NCBI GenBank assembly: GCA_002688435.1
Contig: NZCW01000043.1
Coordinates: forward strand, 23,730-87,729
Origin: Dehalococcoidales bacterium
GTDB lineage: Bacteria > Chloroflexota > Dehalococcoidia > Dehalococcoidales > RBG-16-60-22
Reading direction: 5' to 3'
DNA: 64,000 bases
Both the position numbers and the translations under genes were made by a program. The notes beneath the pieces were generated by a model, which was given only the letters and a program-made list of their open reading frames with translations, searched no databases and was not told the DNA's origin. Shown here one piece after another: positions 37,431 through 46,403 of this stretch (within the stretch, counting starts at the first letter, position 1; every line of letters begins with the position of its first letter).

Positions 37431-38748
37431 AGGAGAAACTTCACCGGCCTCGGACTGCCCGGTCTGCCGAGAGGCCGGGTTTGTTCACCCGCTCCTGCCT
37501 TCGGGGAAGCCGGATTACAGCCAAGTTGTTGCCTGCTGTTGCACTCGGAAGGAGCCGGGGAGGGTACGGCAGGACCGCCTACAAAAATACAGTAACCTCG
37601 GTCCGCTTTCCCGTCTTACTTTCGCTAACCTGGTTCCCCAGGGCCGAAGCGGCGACTCGGTAAATCAGGAGAAATTCAGACGCGCTTACGAAGCGGCCAG
37701 AGCGTTTGCCGCCGCGCCCGAAGGGTGGCTCGTCCTGAGCGGACCCAGCGGCTGCGGCAAGACTCACTTGGCAGCGGCCATTGCCAACGAGCGCCTGGGC
37801 CGGGGCTATCCCATTTTCTACATGACGGTGCCCGACCTTCTGGATAACCTGCGGGCCACCTATAGTCTGGAGAGCGAGATGCCCTACGATGATTTCTTTA
37901 ATCAGATGCGTAATGCCCCATTGCTGGTCCTGGACGACCTGGGAGTCCAGACCGGTACTCCTTGGTCCAGGGAGAAGCTGGACCAGCTGTTTACTCACCG
38001 CTTTAACTGTGAACTGCCCACGGTAGTGGTGGCCATCGTGCCTCTGGAGAAGCTAGAAGAGAGGCTGCATACCCGGCTCACTGACTCCCGGCTGTGCCGC
38101 ACCTATGTGGTGGAAGAGAATTCGTCGTCCTCGCCGAGCTATACCGGCGGCCTGGGACTGGAACTGCTGAAAAGGATGACCTTTGATAACTTTGACTATA
38201 AGCGAGTGAATCTGTCGCCGGAGCAGCGCGAGAATCTGGAGCACGCTTACCGGGAAGCGATTAGCTTCGCCCAGTCCCCTGAGGGCTGGCTGGTGTTTCA
38301 GGGCGTTACCGGTTGCGGTAAGACTCACCTAGCGGCGGCCATTGCCAACTACTGCCTACAGGCGGGTAAACCCGCCCTGTTTATCATCGTGCCGGAGTTC
38401 TTGGACCACCTGCGCGCCACCTTCAATCCGGAGAGTCAGGTTTCCTATGACCAGCTCTTTGAAAGTGTTAAGAATGCGCCGCTGCTCATTCTTGATGACT
38501 TCGGTGAGCAGTCAACTACCCTCTGGGCACAGGAAAAGCTCTATCAGGTGATTAACTATCGCTACAACGCCCGGCTGGCCACCATACTTACCACTACCTG
38601 TTCCCTGGATGAAATAGAGAGTCCCATTAGCTCCCGGCTGGCCGACCCCCGTCTCAGCCTGGTGCTCAATATCATGGCACCTGACTATCGGACTGACTTG
38701 CGCTCTAATCAGAAGAGAGTGGCTCGCGGTGGTCGGAAAGGACGCTGA
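37348..38748 (+). CDS. DnaC/DnaI-like helicase loader with two tandem AAA+ modules and an N-terminal Cys-rich (zinc-binding-like) region
   Basis: Module 1 reads LTFANL...LVLSGPSGCGKTHLAAAIAN...LLVLDDLG. Module 2 reads MTFDNF...LVFQGVTGCGKTHLAAAIAN...LLILDDFG. The N-terminus has CPVC...CCC. I prefer the ATG at 37348 (GGAAGG SD 5 nt upstream). The track start at 37207 lies deep inside dnaD. Confidence 0.8.
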   Translation: MMEHIGDILRQTQTNTSKVNTDIWSGAEGETSPASDCPVCREAGFVHPLLPSGKPDYSQVVACCCTRKEPGRVRQDRLQKYSNLGPLSRLTFANLVPQGRSGDSVNQEKFRRAYEAARAFAAAPEGWLVLSGPSGCGKTHLAAAIANERLGRGYPIFYMTVPDLLDNLRATYSLESEMPYDDFFNQMRNAPLLVLDDLGVQTGTPWSREKLDQLFTHRFNCELPTVVVAIVPLEKLEERLHTRLTDSRLCRTYVVEENSSSSPSYTGGLGLELLKRMTFDNFDYKRVNLSPEQRENLEHAYREAISFAQSPEGWLVFQGVTGCGKTHLAAAIANYCLQAGKPALFIIVPEFLDHLRATFNPESQVSYDQLFESVKNAPLLILDDFGEQSTTLWAQEKLYQVINYRYNARLATILTTTCSLDEIESPISSRLADPRLSLVLNIMAPDYRTDLRSNQKRVARGGRKGR

Positions 38749-38779
38749 AGTCAGGCATTTTTAGAAAAGGAGCGTTGGT

Positions 38780-39475
38780 ATGGAAATACTGGATAATATT
38801 CCGGTCAGGATAGACTTGGAATCGATGGTAAAACGGATGCGTCTGCGCAGTAGAAATGAAGGTATTGAAGAGAACATACGGGAATTAATTGGGCTTGCCC
38901 GTGCCGTTGCTAGGCCGAAAGCGGTCTTCAAGATTTCACCGGTGGAGAAGAAAAATGGTGATTCGCTGGAGATTGACGGAGTAAGGTTTACCAGCCGTGT
39001 CCTCCGGGTCAACCTGGATGAGATAGATACCGTTTATCCCTATGTGGTCACCTGTGGTAGAGAAGTGGATGAAATAGATATCCCACCCCACGAGTTTATG
39101 AGATTTTATTTGATGGACCAGATTAAAGAGATGCTGGTACACTCGTCGCTCATCTATCTTCATGATTACCTGAGGGAAAAACACGCCTGTTGACAGATGT
39201 CAAGGATGTCTCCAGGTTCTGGAGCCGCAAATGTCTGGCCGATAACCCAGCAAAAAGTACTGTTTTCTCTCTTTGGTAATGTTGAGGAATTAATTGGGGT
39301 GAAACTGACCGACAGGTGCTTGATGATGCCGATAAAGTCGGTTTCCGGGGTATTTTTCCCCAACGAAAACAAGTTTGAAAGTTGCCAGTTATGTCCGCGG
39401 GAGGGATGTGTGGGTCGGAGAGCGCCACATGACCTGGCACTGGTGAAGAAATACTGGGGAGAAAGTGAAGAATAA
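38780..39475 (+). CDS. Methionine-synthase (MetH) activation-domain-like protein, a single frame interrupted by an in-frame TGA at 39191-39193
   Basis: ORFs 38780..39193 and 39197..39475 are in the same frame. The downstream part reads SPGSG..WPITQQKVLFSLF..IGVKLTDRCLMMPIKSVSGVFF. This matches the E. coli MetH reactivation-domain motifs APGYPACPEH...MKLTESFAMWPGASVSGWYF. The upstream part ends LHDYLREKHAC (compare MetH EYLHERVRK). Confidence 0.6.
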
Positions 39476-39490
39476 TAGGGAGGTAAGATA

Positions 39491-41587
39491 ATGCGCGTGA
39501 CCGAGATTAGCGAATACCTTAGGCGGGTCGGTCTGACCAGACTTCTGGAAATCAAGGACGCTGACATCCGTATTCTCACCTTGGAGCAGTGCCGTGAAGC
39601 GATAGATAAAACTATCCACATTGGCGGTGCTTTTTCGGCAACCATCCCGGCGGTGGCGCTCTATTACGGTGGGCTAATGGATTATGACGTGGCCAACCCG
39701 ACGAAGCAGGGGCAGGATCTGTTTGTGCTGAGTAAAGGGCATGCTGTGGCCACCATGGCCTCTATTTACGCCGATCTCGGTTATTTCGACCGCTCGGTGC
39801 TGAAGAATTCCCGGGGCGCTGGGAGCATACTCAACGGCCACCCCGGCCCGATTCTACCCGGTTTTCATATCTCCACCGGGCCTCTGGGCCAAGGTTTGAG
39901 TGTGGCCGAGGGGCTGGCCTTGGTGGGTAAAAAAATCCCCCACTACGATGTGTTCTGCCTGAACGGGGATGGAGAACTGCAGGAAGGTATTATCTGGGAA
40001 GCGGTCATGTTTTCTAGTTATAAAAAGCTGGATAACCTGTGCGTCATGGTTGATAAAAATGCCGGCCAGCTGGACGATACCAAACAGCTTGTCTTCCCGC
40101 TGCTCGACTTGGACAAGAGGTTTGCCTGCTTCGGCTGGCGGGTCTTTAATGTTGACGGCACGCAGTACAGCACCGTTCTGGAGGCGCTGCAGGCATTTAA
40201 GTATAACCCGCGTGACGGCCGGCCCACGGCTATCATCTGCCGGACACGTAAAGGGTTCGGCGGGTTCTCCAGTTTTATGACCGACCATAAAGTCACCATG
40301 CCAGACGTCATGACGGAGCAGGAACTGGCTCTGCAGACGCAGAGGCGGGTGGATAGAATGGCTGGGTTTCTTGACTTTTTTAACAGATTAGGGATCGGAG
40401 GTGAGGGTGGGGTGGTTCGGGAGGAGCTCCGGGCGTTGGCCAAGGGAATGAACCTGGACATCGTGATTGAAGAGAAGAAAGCGGTCGAGGTCAAGACGGT
40501 GGTTGTGCCGGTAAAGACAAGACCGGCGCCCCCGCGGAACAAGAAGATAGCCTATGATGCTGGTCAGCTTCCTCAGCTGGATAAGAAGAAGGAACACGCC
40601 GCCGTTGGTGTCATTACCGCCGCTATGAAGGTCTTTGCCCAAGACCCGAAGGTGGTATCCTTGGATGCAGACTTGGCTTCGACCAGTGGACTTGAAGCCG
40701 GGGTCGGCTTCGTGGATATGAACCGGGCGTTTAATGTGGGCGTTGCCGAGCCCAATATGATGGGTATCGGCGAGGCTTTTGCCGTGATGGGTTACAATAC
40801 CTGGGTGAGTACCTTCTGCCCGTTCTTTGACTGGCGGGTCCTGCGTCGAATTGCCATCGGCTACCAGGAAAGACTGGAGGCGATGGTGACCAAGGGCGGC
40901 TGGCTCAGCGAGGGACACGGCTTGGATATCACTTATATCGCTACGGCGCCGAACTTCGAGGCGAACACTAACGGCGCTACCCACATGGGTAATGACGATA
41001 ACCTTATTTTTAGCGGCATCGCCCATCTGAAAATCATCGACGTCTCCTGCCCCAACCAGTTACTCGGGATAATGAAGTGGATTATGGAGGGTAACAAGGG
41101 GCTGGTCTACGTGAGAATTATGCGCGCGCCGGCCGGCGTTATCTACGATAGCGGCTTCCAATTTGAGTTCGGCCGAGGGTATGTCCTCAAAGAGAACCCT
41201 GACGACCAGGTGGTGATTATCAGTAGCGGGCGCGGCGTGCATGAGGCACTGGCCGCCGCCGGGGAACTGGAAAAGTACGGAGTTAAGGTGGGCGTGGTGG
41301 ATATGCCGTCAATAGATGAGAAGTTACTGCTTGATCTCTACCGCTCCGGGAAATTACTGGTGGTGGCCGAACATAACAACGGCTATATCTGGGCGGAATA
41401 CCAGAAAGCTATTTTCAAGTCTAAGGAGACGATAGATACCGTCCGGCTGCTGTCCATCAATGGTCTTGATGCCAGCGGGCGACCCCAGTTCATCCACTCG
41501 GCAACCTACCAAGAGCTTTTACAGCAGTTCGGACTCTCACCCGGTCAGTTGGCTGAGACGATAAAGCAAAAACTGGATGGTAAGTAA
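39491..41587 (+). CDS. Transketolase-family thiamine-diphosphate enzyme, with N- and C-terminal halves fused through a roughly 80-aa linker
   Basis: 698 aa. It has GHPG, GDGELQEG (TPP-binding GDG motif), a Pyr-domain and a C-terminal domain. The linker is rich in charged residues and Pro (VVPVKTRPAPPRNKK). Confidence 0.75.
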   Translation: MRVTEISEYLRRVGLTRLLEIKDADIRILTLEQCREAIDKTIHIGGAFSATIPAVALYYGGLMDYDVANPTKQGQDLFVLSKGHAVATMASIYADLGYFDRSVLKNSRGAGSILNGHPGPILPGFHISTGPLGQGLSVAEGLALVGKKIPHYDVFCLNGDGELQEGIIWEAVMFSSYKKLDNLCVMVDKNAGQLDDTKQLVFPLLDLDKRFACFGWRVFNVDGTQYSTVLEALQAFKYNPRDGRPTAIICRTRKGFGGFSSFMTDHKVTMPDVMTEQELALQTQRRVDRMAGFLDFFNRLGIGGEGGVVREELRALAKGMNLDIVIEEKKAVEVKTVVVPVKTRPAPPRNKKIAYDAGQLPQLDKKKEHAAVGVITAAMKVFAQDPKVVSLDADLASTSGLEAGVGFVDMNRAFNVGVAEPNMMGIGEAFAVMGYNTWVSTFCPFFDWRVLRRIAIGYQERLEAMVTKGGWLSEGHGLDITYIATAPNFEANTNGATHMGNDDNLIFSGIAHLKIIDVSCPNQLLGIMKWIMEGNKGLVYVRIMRAPAGVIYDSGFQFEFGRGYVLKENPDDQVVIISSGRGVHEALAAAGELEKYGVKVGVVDMPSIDEKLLLDLYRSGKLLVVAEHNNGYIWAEYQKAIFKSKETIDTVRLLSINGLDASGRPQFIHSATYQELLQQFGLSPGQLAETIKQKLDGK

Positions 41588-41978
41588 TTAACATTATTTG
41601 GTACCACGTTTTATTGGGTGACCTCACTTCCTCGATCCCCTCTCCTTATGGCTTATTGTTACCTTAGCTTGTGGCCCAGTCGTGGGCGTGTTCTACCGCG
41701 CTAGGCTTTCGGCTTGAAAATAATGTGTCTGAAATATGCCGGTATGAATAACGATGAGGCCAAGGAGTATGCCGACGGCTGGGTAGGCAGAGAGATAAAA
41801 GGGTGAACCACGTTAATCCCTAAAACCTTGCTTTATTTGTCTTTCGTGTTCAAGTTATCTGTGTCAAGAGGCATCTCATTATAGTCATGGATTGCTCTTT
41901 GATATACCTTTACCTCAATAGGCTCTTCCGCAAAATATCTGTAATACACTCAAGCATATTAAGCGATCTTCCCTATAC

Positions 41979-42773
41979 CTACAACTCAGAGCCGAGTGGT
42001 TCCTCGAAGGCAATCGCTCTTACCGGTGAACCGTCGGCACCCTCAATCTTAAGAGGTAGGGCCAAGAAATTTACGTGATTTTTCGTTAGAAGGTGCTGAT
42101 TGATGATGTATTCAAATTGTATGATTCCTTCCTTAAAGAAGACGTCGTGGGTAACATTATCCTCTATCTTGGCATTGATTGTGCGGGCTGGATCAATGAC
42201 ATCGTTTCGTAAAATATAATCGCAGGGGAAATCACCACCCCAAGCCTTAATCTTACGCCCAACCAACCATTCACAGGCATCGCGTTCCATATAAGGTGCT
42301 TTACCCCAGAAGTCCTTGGTCATATAGTCGCATTTCAGTGGCCAGTCGGTACGTATAAGGGCGATATCGCCTTCTCTAATGTGCTGGCCATGTTTTTCTA
42401 ACTCCGCCGCAGTTACCCCGGTGCTTTCACCTAAGTGCGACAGGTTGACGATTGCCGCTTCGCCCATGAATTTATCCAGGGGCACCTTTTCAATAGAGTC
42501 CCCGTCTGGCAGATAGTGGAGTGGGGCATCAACCTGGGTAAAGCAATGTATCATAAGATACATGTACCACCGCAAAAAATAATTCCTATCCTTAGCAGGT
42601 ATCGCGGTAAGCTTTACCGGCCAGCGCCAGTGGTCCCGAACCGTAAAGGTAAGATCGACAACATTCCACACAAGATTTTTTCTCCTTCCTTCGATTACTT
42701 TGCTCTGATACCGCGTTCGTTTACTATTTAGGCCGATCACCTCCTTTATCATCTTCATAAAGTAGATACCCAC
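41979..42773 (-). CDS. Cyclase-family protein (kynurenine-formamidase-like, PF04199-type)
   Basis: The HCFTQVDAPLHY motif corresponds to the HxGTHxDAPxH metal site of putative cyclases. The exact start is uncertain. Confidence 0.6.
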   Translation of the reverse strand: MGIYFMKMIKEVIGLNSKRTRYQSKVIEGRRKNLVWNVVDLTFTVRDHWRWPVKLTAIPAKDRNYFLRWYMYLMIHCFTQVDAPLHYLPDGDSIEKVPLDKFMGEAAIVNLSHLGESTGVTAAELEKHGQHIREGDIALIRTDWPLKCDYMTKDFWGKAPYMERDACEWLVGRKIKAWGGDFPCDYILRNDVIDPARTINAKIEDNVTHDVFFKEGIIQFEYIINQHLLTKNHVNFLALPLKIEGADGSPVRAIAFEEPLGSEL

Positions 42774-42814
42774 GGGTAAACCCGTGGGACTCTGCCTTTC
42801 GGGTTATTAGAATA

Positions 42815-43813
42815 TCATAATCGGTGAAGCTGTTGCGCACCGTAATAGAATCGTGGCGGCCTGAGCTGAAGCCAGACCTCATCACAGACCTTAAGTTCCT
42901 CTTCAGTCAGAGTTACATCAATCGCGCTAACATTCTCTTCAAGCTGTTTAATGGAATTGGCCCCGCAGGTGACAGAAGTTATGATACTGTTTTTCAGTAT
43001 CCAAGCAAGGGAAAACTGAGCCATACTATGACCATGCTTCTCTGCAGCTTCTTTTAAGCGGGCAACCGCCTCAAAGTTGTTGGGTGACCAGTATCGGTTA
43101 GTGTAGACCTTTCCCTGGCGCTTGTTGCTGAACCTGGTGCCCTCAGTTGGAGGCCAACTTGGGTCATGCTTACCGGTAAGTAAACCGCCCGCCAGTGGAT
43201 TGTAAACACATACGCCTACCCTTTCGCTAGCGCAGAGCGGTAGTAGTTCATCCTCAATACCCCGAGTGATTAAATTGTAAGGTGGTTGATTGCAATCAAA
43301 GCGTACCAAATTTTTGATGTCGCTTACCCAAAGTGCCTTGCAAAGCTGCCAGGCGAGGTAGTTAGAGCAACCGATATAGCGCACTTTCCCCTGCCGGACC
43401 AAGTCATCTAGCGCACTCAGCGTCTCTTCAATGGGAGTGACGTCATCTGGCTTGTGGGCGTAAAAGATATCAATGTAATCCGTCCCTAGCCGGCGTAAAC
43501 TACCCTCGATTCCGTCCATGATGTGTCTCCGCGACAGTCCAATATCATTAATATCCGGCCCGGATTTCCAGGCGCCTACTTTCGTCGCCAGTACCACTGA
43601 TTGTCTCGATCCTTTGAGTGCCTTGCCGATGATTTCTTCGCTCCGACTATCAACGTACTGATCAGCGGTATCGATGAAGTTAATACCAGCGTTGATTGCC
43701 CACCTTATAAGCTTTGACGATTCTGCCTCATCTATCTGATTACCAAAGGTCATTGTTCCCAGACATATTTCGGAAACCAACAAGCCAGTTCTGCCAAGCT
43801 TCCGGTATTTCAT
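42815..43813 (-). CDS. Aldo/keto reductase
   Basis: 332 aa. It has MKYRKLGRTGLLVSEICLGTMTFG, DTADQY, and an AKR C-terminal pattern. Confidence 0.88.
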   Translation of the reverse strand: MKYRKLGRTGLLVSEICLGTMTFGNQIDEAESSKLIRWAINAGINFIDTADQYVDSRSEEIIGKALKGSRQSVVLATKVGAWKSGPDINDIGLSRRHIMDGIEGSLRRLGTDYIDIFYAHKPDDVTPIEETLSALDDLVRQGKVRYIGCSNYLAWQLCKALWVSDIKNLVRFDCNQPPYNLITRGIEDELLPLCASERVGVCVYNPLAGGLLTGKHDPSWPPTEGTRFSNKRQGKVYTNRYWSPNNFEAVARLKEAAEKHGHSMAQFSLAWILKNSIITSVTCGANSIKQLEENVSAIDVTLTEEELKVCDEVWLQLRPPRFYYGAQQLHRL

Positions 43814-44065
43814 ATTCCCCCCCTCCTATTAATTAAGACGTTCTCATAATATTACTGACCGGTGTAATAGCCTTACCTTTGATCTCGACCATTCTCGCTT
43901 TCCCAGCGCAACGGTCTTTTAAAAAGGGAGAGGGATAAAGAGGGTGGGTCCCTTGATAAATAACTAGATAAGGTTACCATTTAACTAATCCGTAGGTAGC
44001 GAGCTGTAATTTGCCGCTGAATTACCGTCCCGCAGTCTGTTCTATTATATTCTACCTATAAAAAG

Positions 44066-45043
44066 TTACAGGATGGCCTTTACCGCCTCAATCACGCGTT
44101 CCGGGCCGGGTAAAACTATCCGCTCCAAGTTACGGTTAATCGGGACTAGGACATCCGGGGCGCCGACCCGCTGGATGGGGGCATCTAGGTAGTCAAAAGC
44201 CAGTTCCTGAATCTGGGCGGCCACTTCCGCTCCGAAGCCGCTGGTTTTATTGGCTTCGTGCGCGATAACCGCTTTACTCGTTTTCTTGACCGAAGCTACG
44301 ATGGTTTCAATATCCAGAGGGCGTAGCGTGCGTGGGTCAATCACCTCTGCGTCGATGCCCTCATCGGCCAGAGTCTGCGCGGCGTTCATGACCCGAGGGG
44401 TAATACCCCCCCAGGCGACGATGGTTATATCTTTGCCTTCTCTCTTGACATCGGCTTTCCCCAGAGGTACCACGTAATCTTCCGCCGGCACCGGGCCGCT
44501 GGCGCCGTATAGGATTTGGGGCTCCATAAAGATGACCGGGTTGTGGTCTCTGATGGCCGCTTTGAGTAGACCCTTGGCATCGTAGGGGGTGGAGGGCATG
44601 ACCACCTTCAGTCCGGGTACGTGGGTAAACCAGGCTTCGAAGCTCTGGGAGTGCTGTGCGCCGAGGCCGATACCGCCTTCGGTGGCCGTCCGGATGACCA
44701 CGGCTATCTGCGGTCGACCACCGGTGAAATAGCGCATCTTGGCGGTCTGGTTCACGATTTCGTCCATGCAGATGGTCATCCAGTCGCAGCGCATGATTTC
44801 TACGATAGGCCGCATGCCGGCAATCGCTGCGCCCAAGGCAAAACCGACAATGGCCGTCTCGGAGATGGGTGTATCCATAACTCTCTCTTCACCAAACTCT
44901 TCGAGTAATCCCTTGGTGGCGCCAAAAGCGCCGCCGATGACGGCCATATCCTCTCCCATGGCGAAGGTTTTCTCGTCACGCGTCATCTCTTCCTTTATCG
45001 CCTCGGCAATGGCTTCACGGAATGCTATCTGACGTTCCGCCAT
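44066..45043 (-). CDS. 2-oxoacid (pyruvate/branched-chain) dehydrogenase E1 component, beta subunit
   Basis: 325 aa. It starts with the typical MAERQIAFREAIAEAIKEEM..., followed by DTPISE and a transketolase C-terminal domain. Confidence 0.88.
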   Translation of the reverse strand: MAERQIAFREAIAEAIKEEMTRDEKTFAMGEDMAVIGGAFGATKGLLEEFGEERVMDTPISETAIVGFALGAAIAGMRPIVEIMRCDWMTICMDEIVNQTAKMRYFTGGRPQIAVVIRTATEGGIGLGAQHSQSFEAWFTHVPGLKVVMPSTPYDAKGLLKAAIRDHNPVIFMEPQILYGASGPVPAEDYVVPLGKADVKREGKDITIVAWGGITPRVMNAAQTLADEGIDAEVIDPRTLRPLDIETIVASVKKTSKAVIAHEANKTSGFGAEVAAQIQELAFDYLDAPIQRVGAPDVLVPINRNLERIVLPGPERVIEAVKAIL

Positions 45044-45058
45044 AATATTTTCTCCTTC

Positions 45059-46036
45059 CTAAGCGTAAATCCACTCGTAAATGGACTCCGGTTTGGGTTC
45101 TGGGCTGTTCTGGGCGAATTCGACCGCTTCGCGGAACTCTTTCTGGCATTCCGACAGGATTTTGGTGGCTGACTCGTCCGTCATGTAACCCAGTTCCTTT
45201 AATTTTTGCTGGAAGATCTTTATCGGGTTCTTGCTCTCCTCCCATTCCTCTATCTCTCTCTCGGGTCGGTATGAGGAGCCACCGGGCATGCGGTCCATGC
45301 GCATGCTGTGTCCTCGCAGACGGTAGGAGATGACCTCGACCAGACTCGGGCCTTTGCCTTCCCGCGCCCTTTGCAGGGCTGCGGCGACCGCTTCGTAGAC
45401 GGCGATAACGTCCGTGCCATCTACTTGGTAGCCAGGAATGTCATAGGCGACCGCCCGGGCGGAGATGTCTTGGTTGGCGCAATTTTTACACAGAGGCAAG
45501 GTCATGGCGTACTGGTTGTTGCAGCAGAGGTAGACGGTGGGTACTTTCCATAGTGAGGCTAGGTTCAGTGCCTCATGGAATACGCCGCGGTTGCTGGCGC
45601 CATCGCCGAAGAAGCATAGGCAGGCCTGGTCGGTCTTCTGCATTTGCAGGGCCAAGCCTATCCCGCCGGCGATGTTTATCCCGCCGCCCACGATGCCGTT
45701 GGTGCCGAGAATGTACCGGTCGAAGTCGGAGAGGTGCATTGAGCCACCCTTACCCCCGGTGCAGCCGGTAGCCTTGCCGAGGACTTCAGCCAGGATGATG
45801 GGCATCTTGGCACCGCGAGCCAGCAGGTGTCCGTGGCCGCGGTGGGTGGAGACGAGGTAGTCTTTATTCCCCATGGCGGTGGTGGCGCCTACCGCCACTG
45901 CTTCCTCCCCAATGGAGACGTGACCGGTGCCCGGAATCAAGCCTTGCTCATCGAACTTCATGAGGCCTTCTTCAAAAATACGTATCCGCACCATCCTCCG
46001 ATACATATCTAGGAGGGTATCCTTGGTTAATTCCAT
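45059..46036 (-). CDS. 2-oxoacid dehydrogenase E1 component, alpha subunit (TPP-dependent)
   Basis: It has a YRxHGH-type segment (HRGHGH), GDGASNRG (TPP motif) and SYRLRGHS. I prefer the ATG at 46036, with AAAGGGGAA 6 nt upstream, to the ATG at 46066. Confidence 0.85.
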   Translation of the reverse strand: MELTKDTLLDMYRRMVRIRIFEEGLMKFDEQGLIPGTGHVSIGEEAVAVGATTAMGNKDYLVSTHRGHGHLLARGAKMPIILAEVLGKATGCTGGKGGSMHLSDFDRYILGTNGIVGGGINIAGGIGLALQMQKTDQACLCFFGDGASNRGVFHEALNLASLWKVPTVYLCCNNQYAMTLPLCKNCANQDISARAVAYDIPGYQVDGTDVIAVYEAVAAALQRAREGKGPSLVEVISYRLRGHSMRMDRMPGGSSYRPEREIEEWEESKNPIKIFQQKLKELGYMTDESATKILSECQKEFREAVEFAQNSPEPKPESIYEWIYA

Positions 46037-46204
46037 CCTGTTCCCCTTTCGTTCGTAGTTGGTCATGGTAACCGGTCCTATCGGGCTGATGAGACTGGCC
46101 GGCGTCTTGCCTATTTTCGGTGAAAGATTAACATATTTGGCTCCGCTTCGTCAAAAACAGTTTTCTCCGGTTATACGGTAACCACACATTATTTCTGCGG
46201 GCTG

Positions 46205-46213
46205 TGCTATAAT
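46205..46213 (+). promoter_or_regulatory. Extended -10 element (TGCTATAAT) positioned for a leaderless trm112-like transcript
   Basis: TATAAT lies at 46208-46213 and is preceded by TGC. The ATG at 46221 is 7 nt downstream, and there is no SD in between. Confidence 0.4.
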
Positions 46214-46220
46214 TCAAGTT

Positions 46221-46403
46221 ATGAAAAAAGAGCTTGTGGCTATTCTGGTATGCCCGGTGTGTAAGGGAGAGCTTCAGCTGAGCGTGACCGAGGAGAATAA
46301 AGACGAGGTAGTGGTCGGCTCTCTCTACTGCGCCAAGTGTGATGTGCGTTATCCCATTGCTGAGGCCATTCCCAATCTGCTGCCGCCGGAGCAGCGTCCT
46401 TAG
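46221..46403 (+). CDS. Trm112-family small zinc-ribbon protein
   Basis: 60 aa. It has CPVCKG...CAKC...YPIAEAIPNLL. Confidence 0.8.
   Translation: MKKELVAILVCPVCKGELQLSVTEENKDEVVVGSLYCAKCDVRYPIAEAIPNLLPPEQRP

Noticed and set aside
41720-41810. Short ORF (…KYAGMNNDEAKEYADGWVGREIKG) in the 390-bp spacer after the transketolase-like gene
   Set aside because: It is only about 27 codons with no SD and no identifiable family. It may be a gene remnant, but that cannot be supported from sequence alone.
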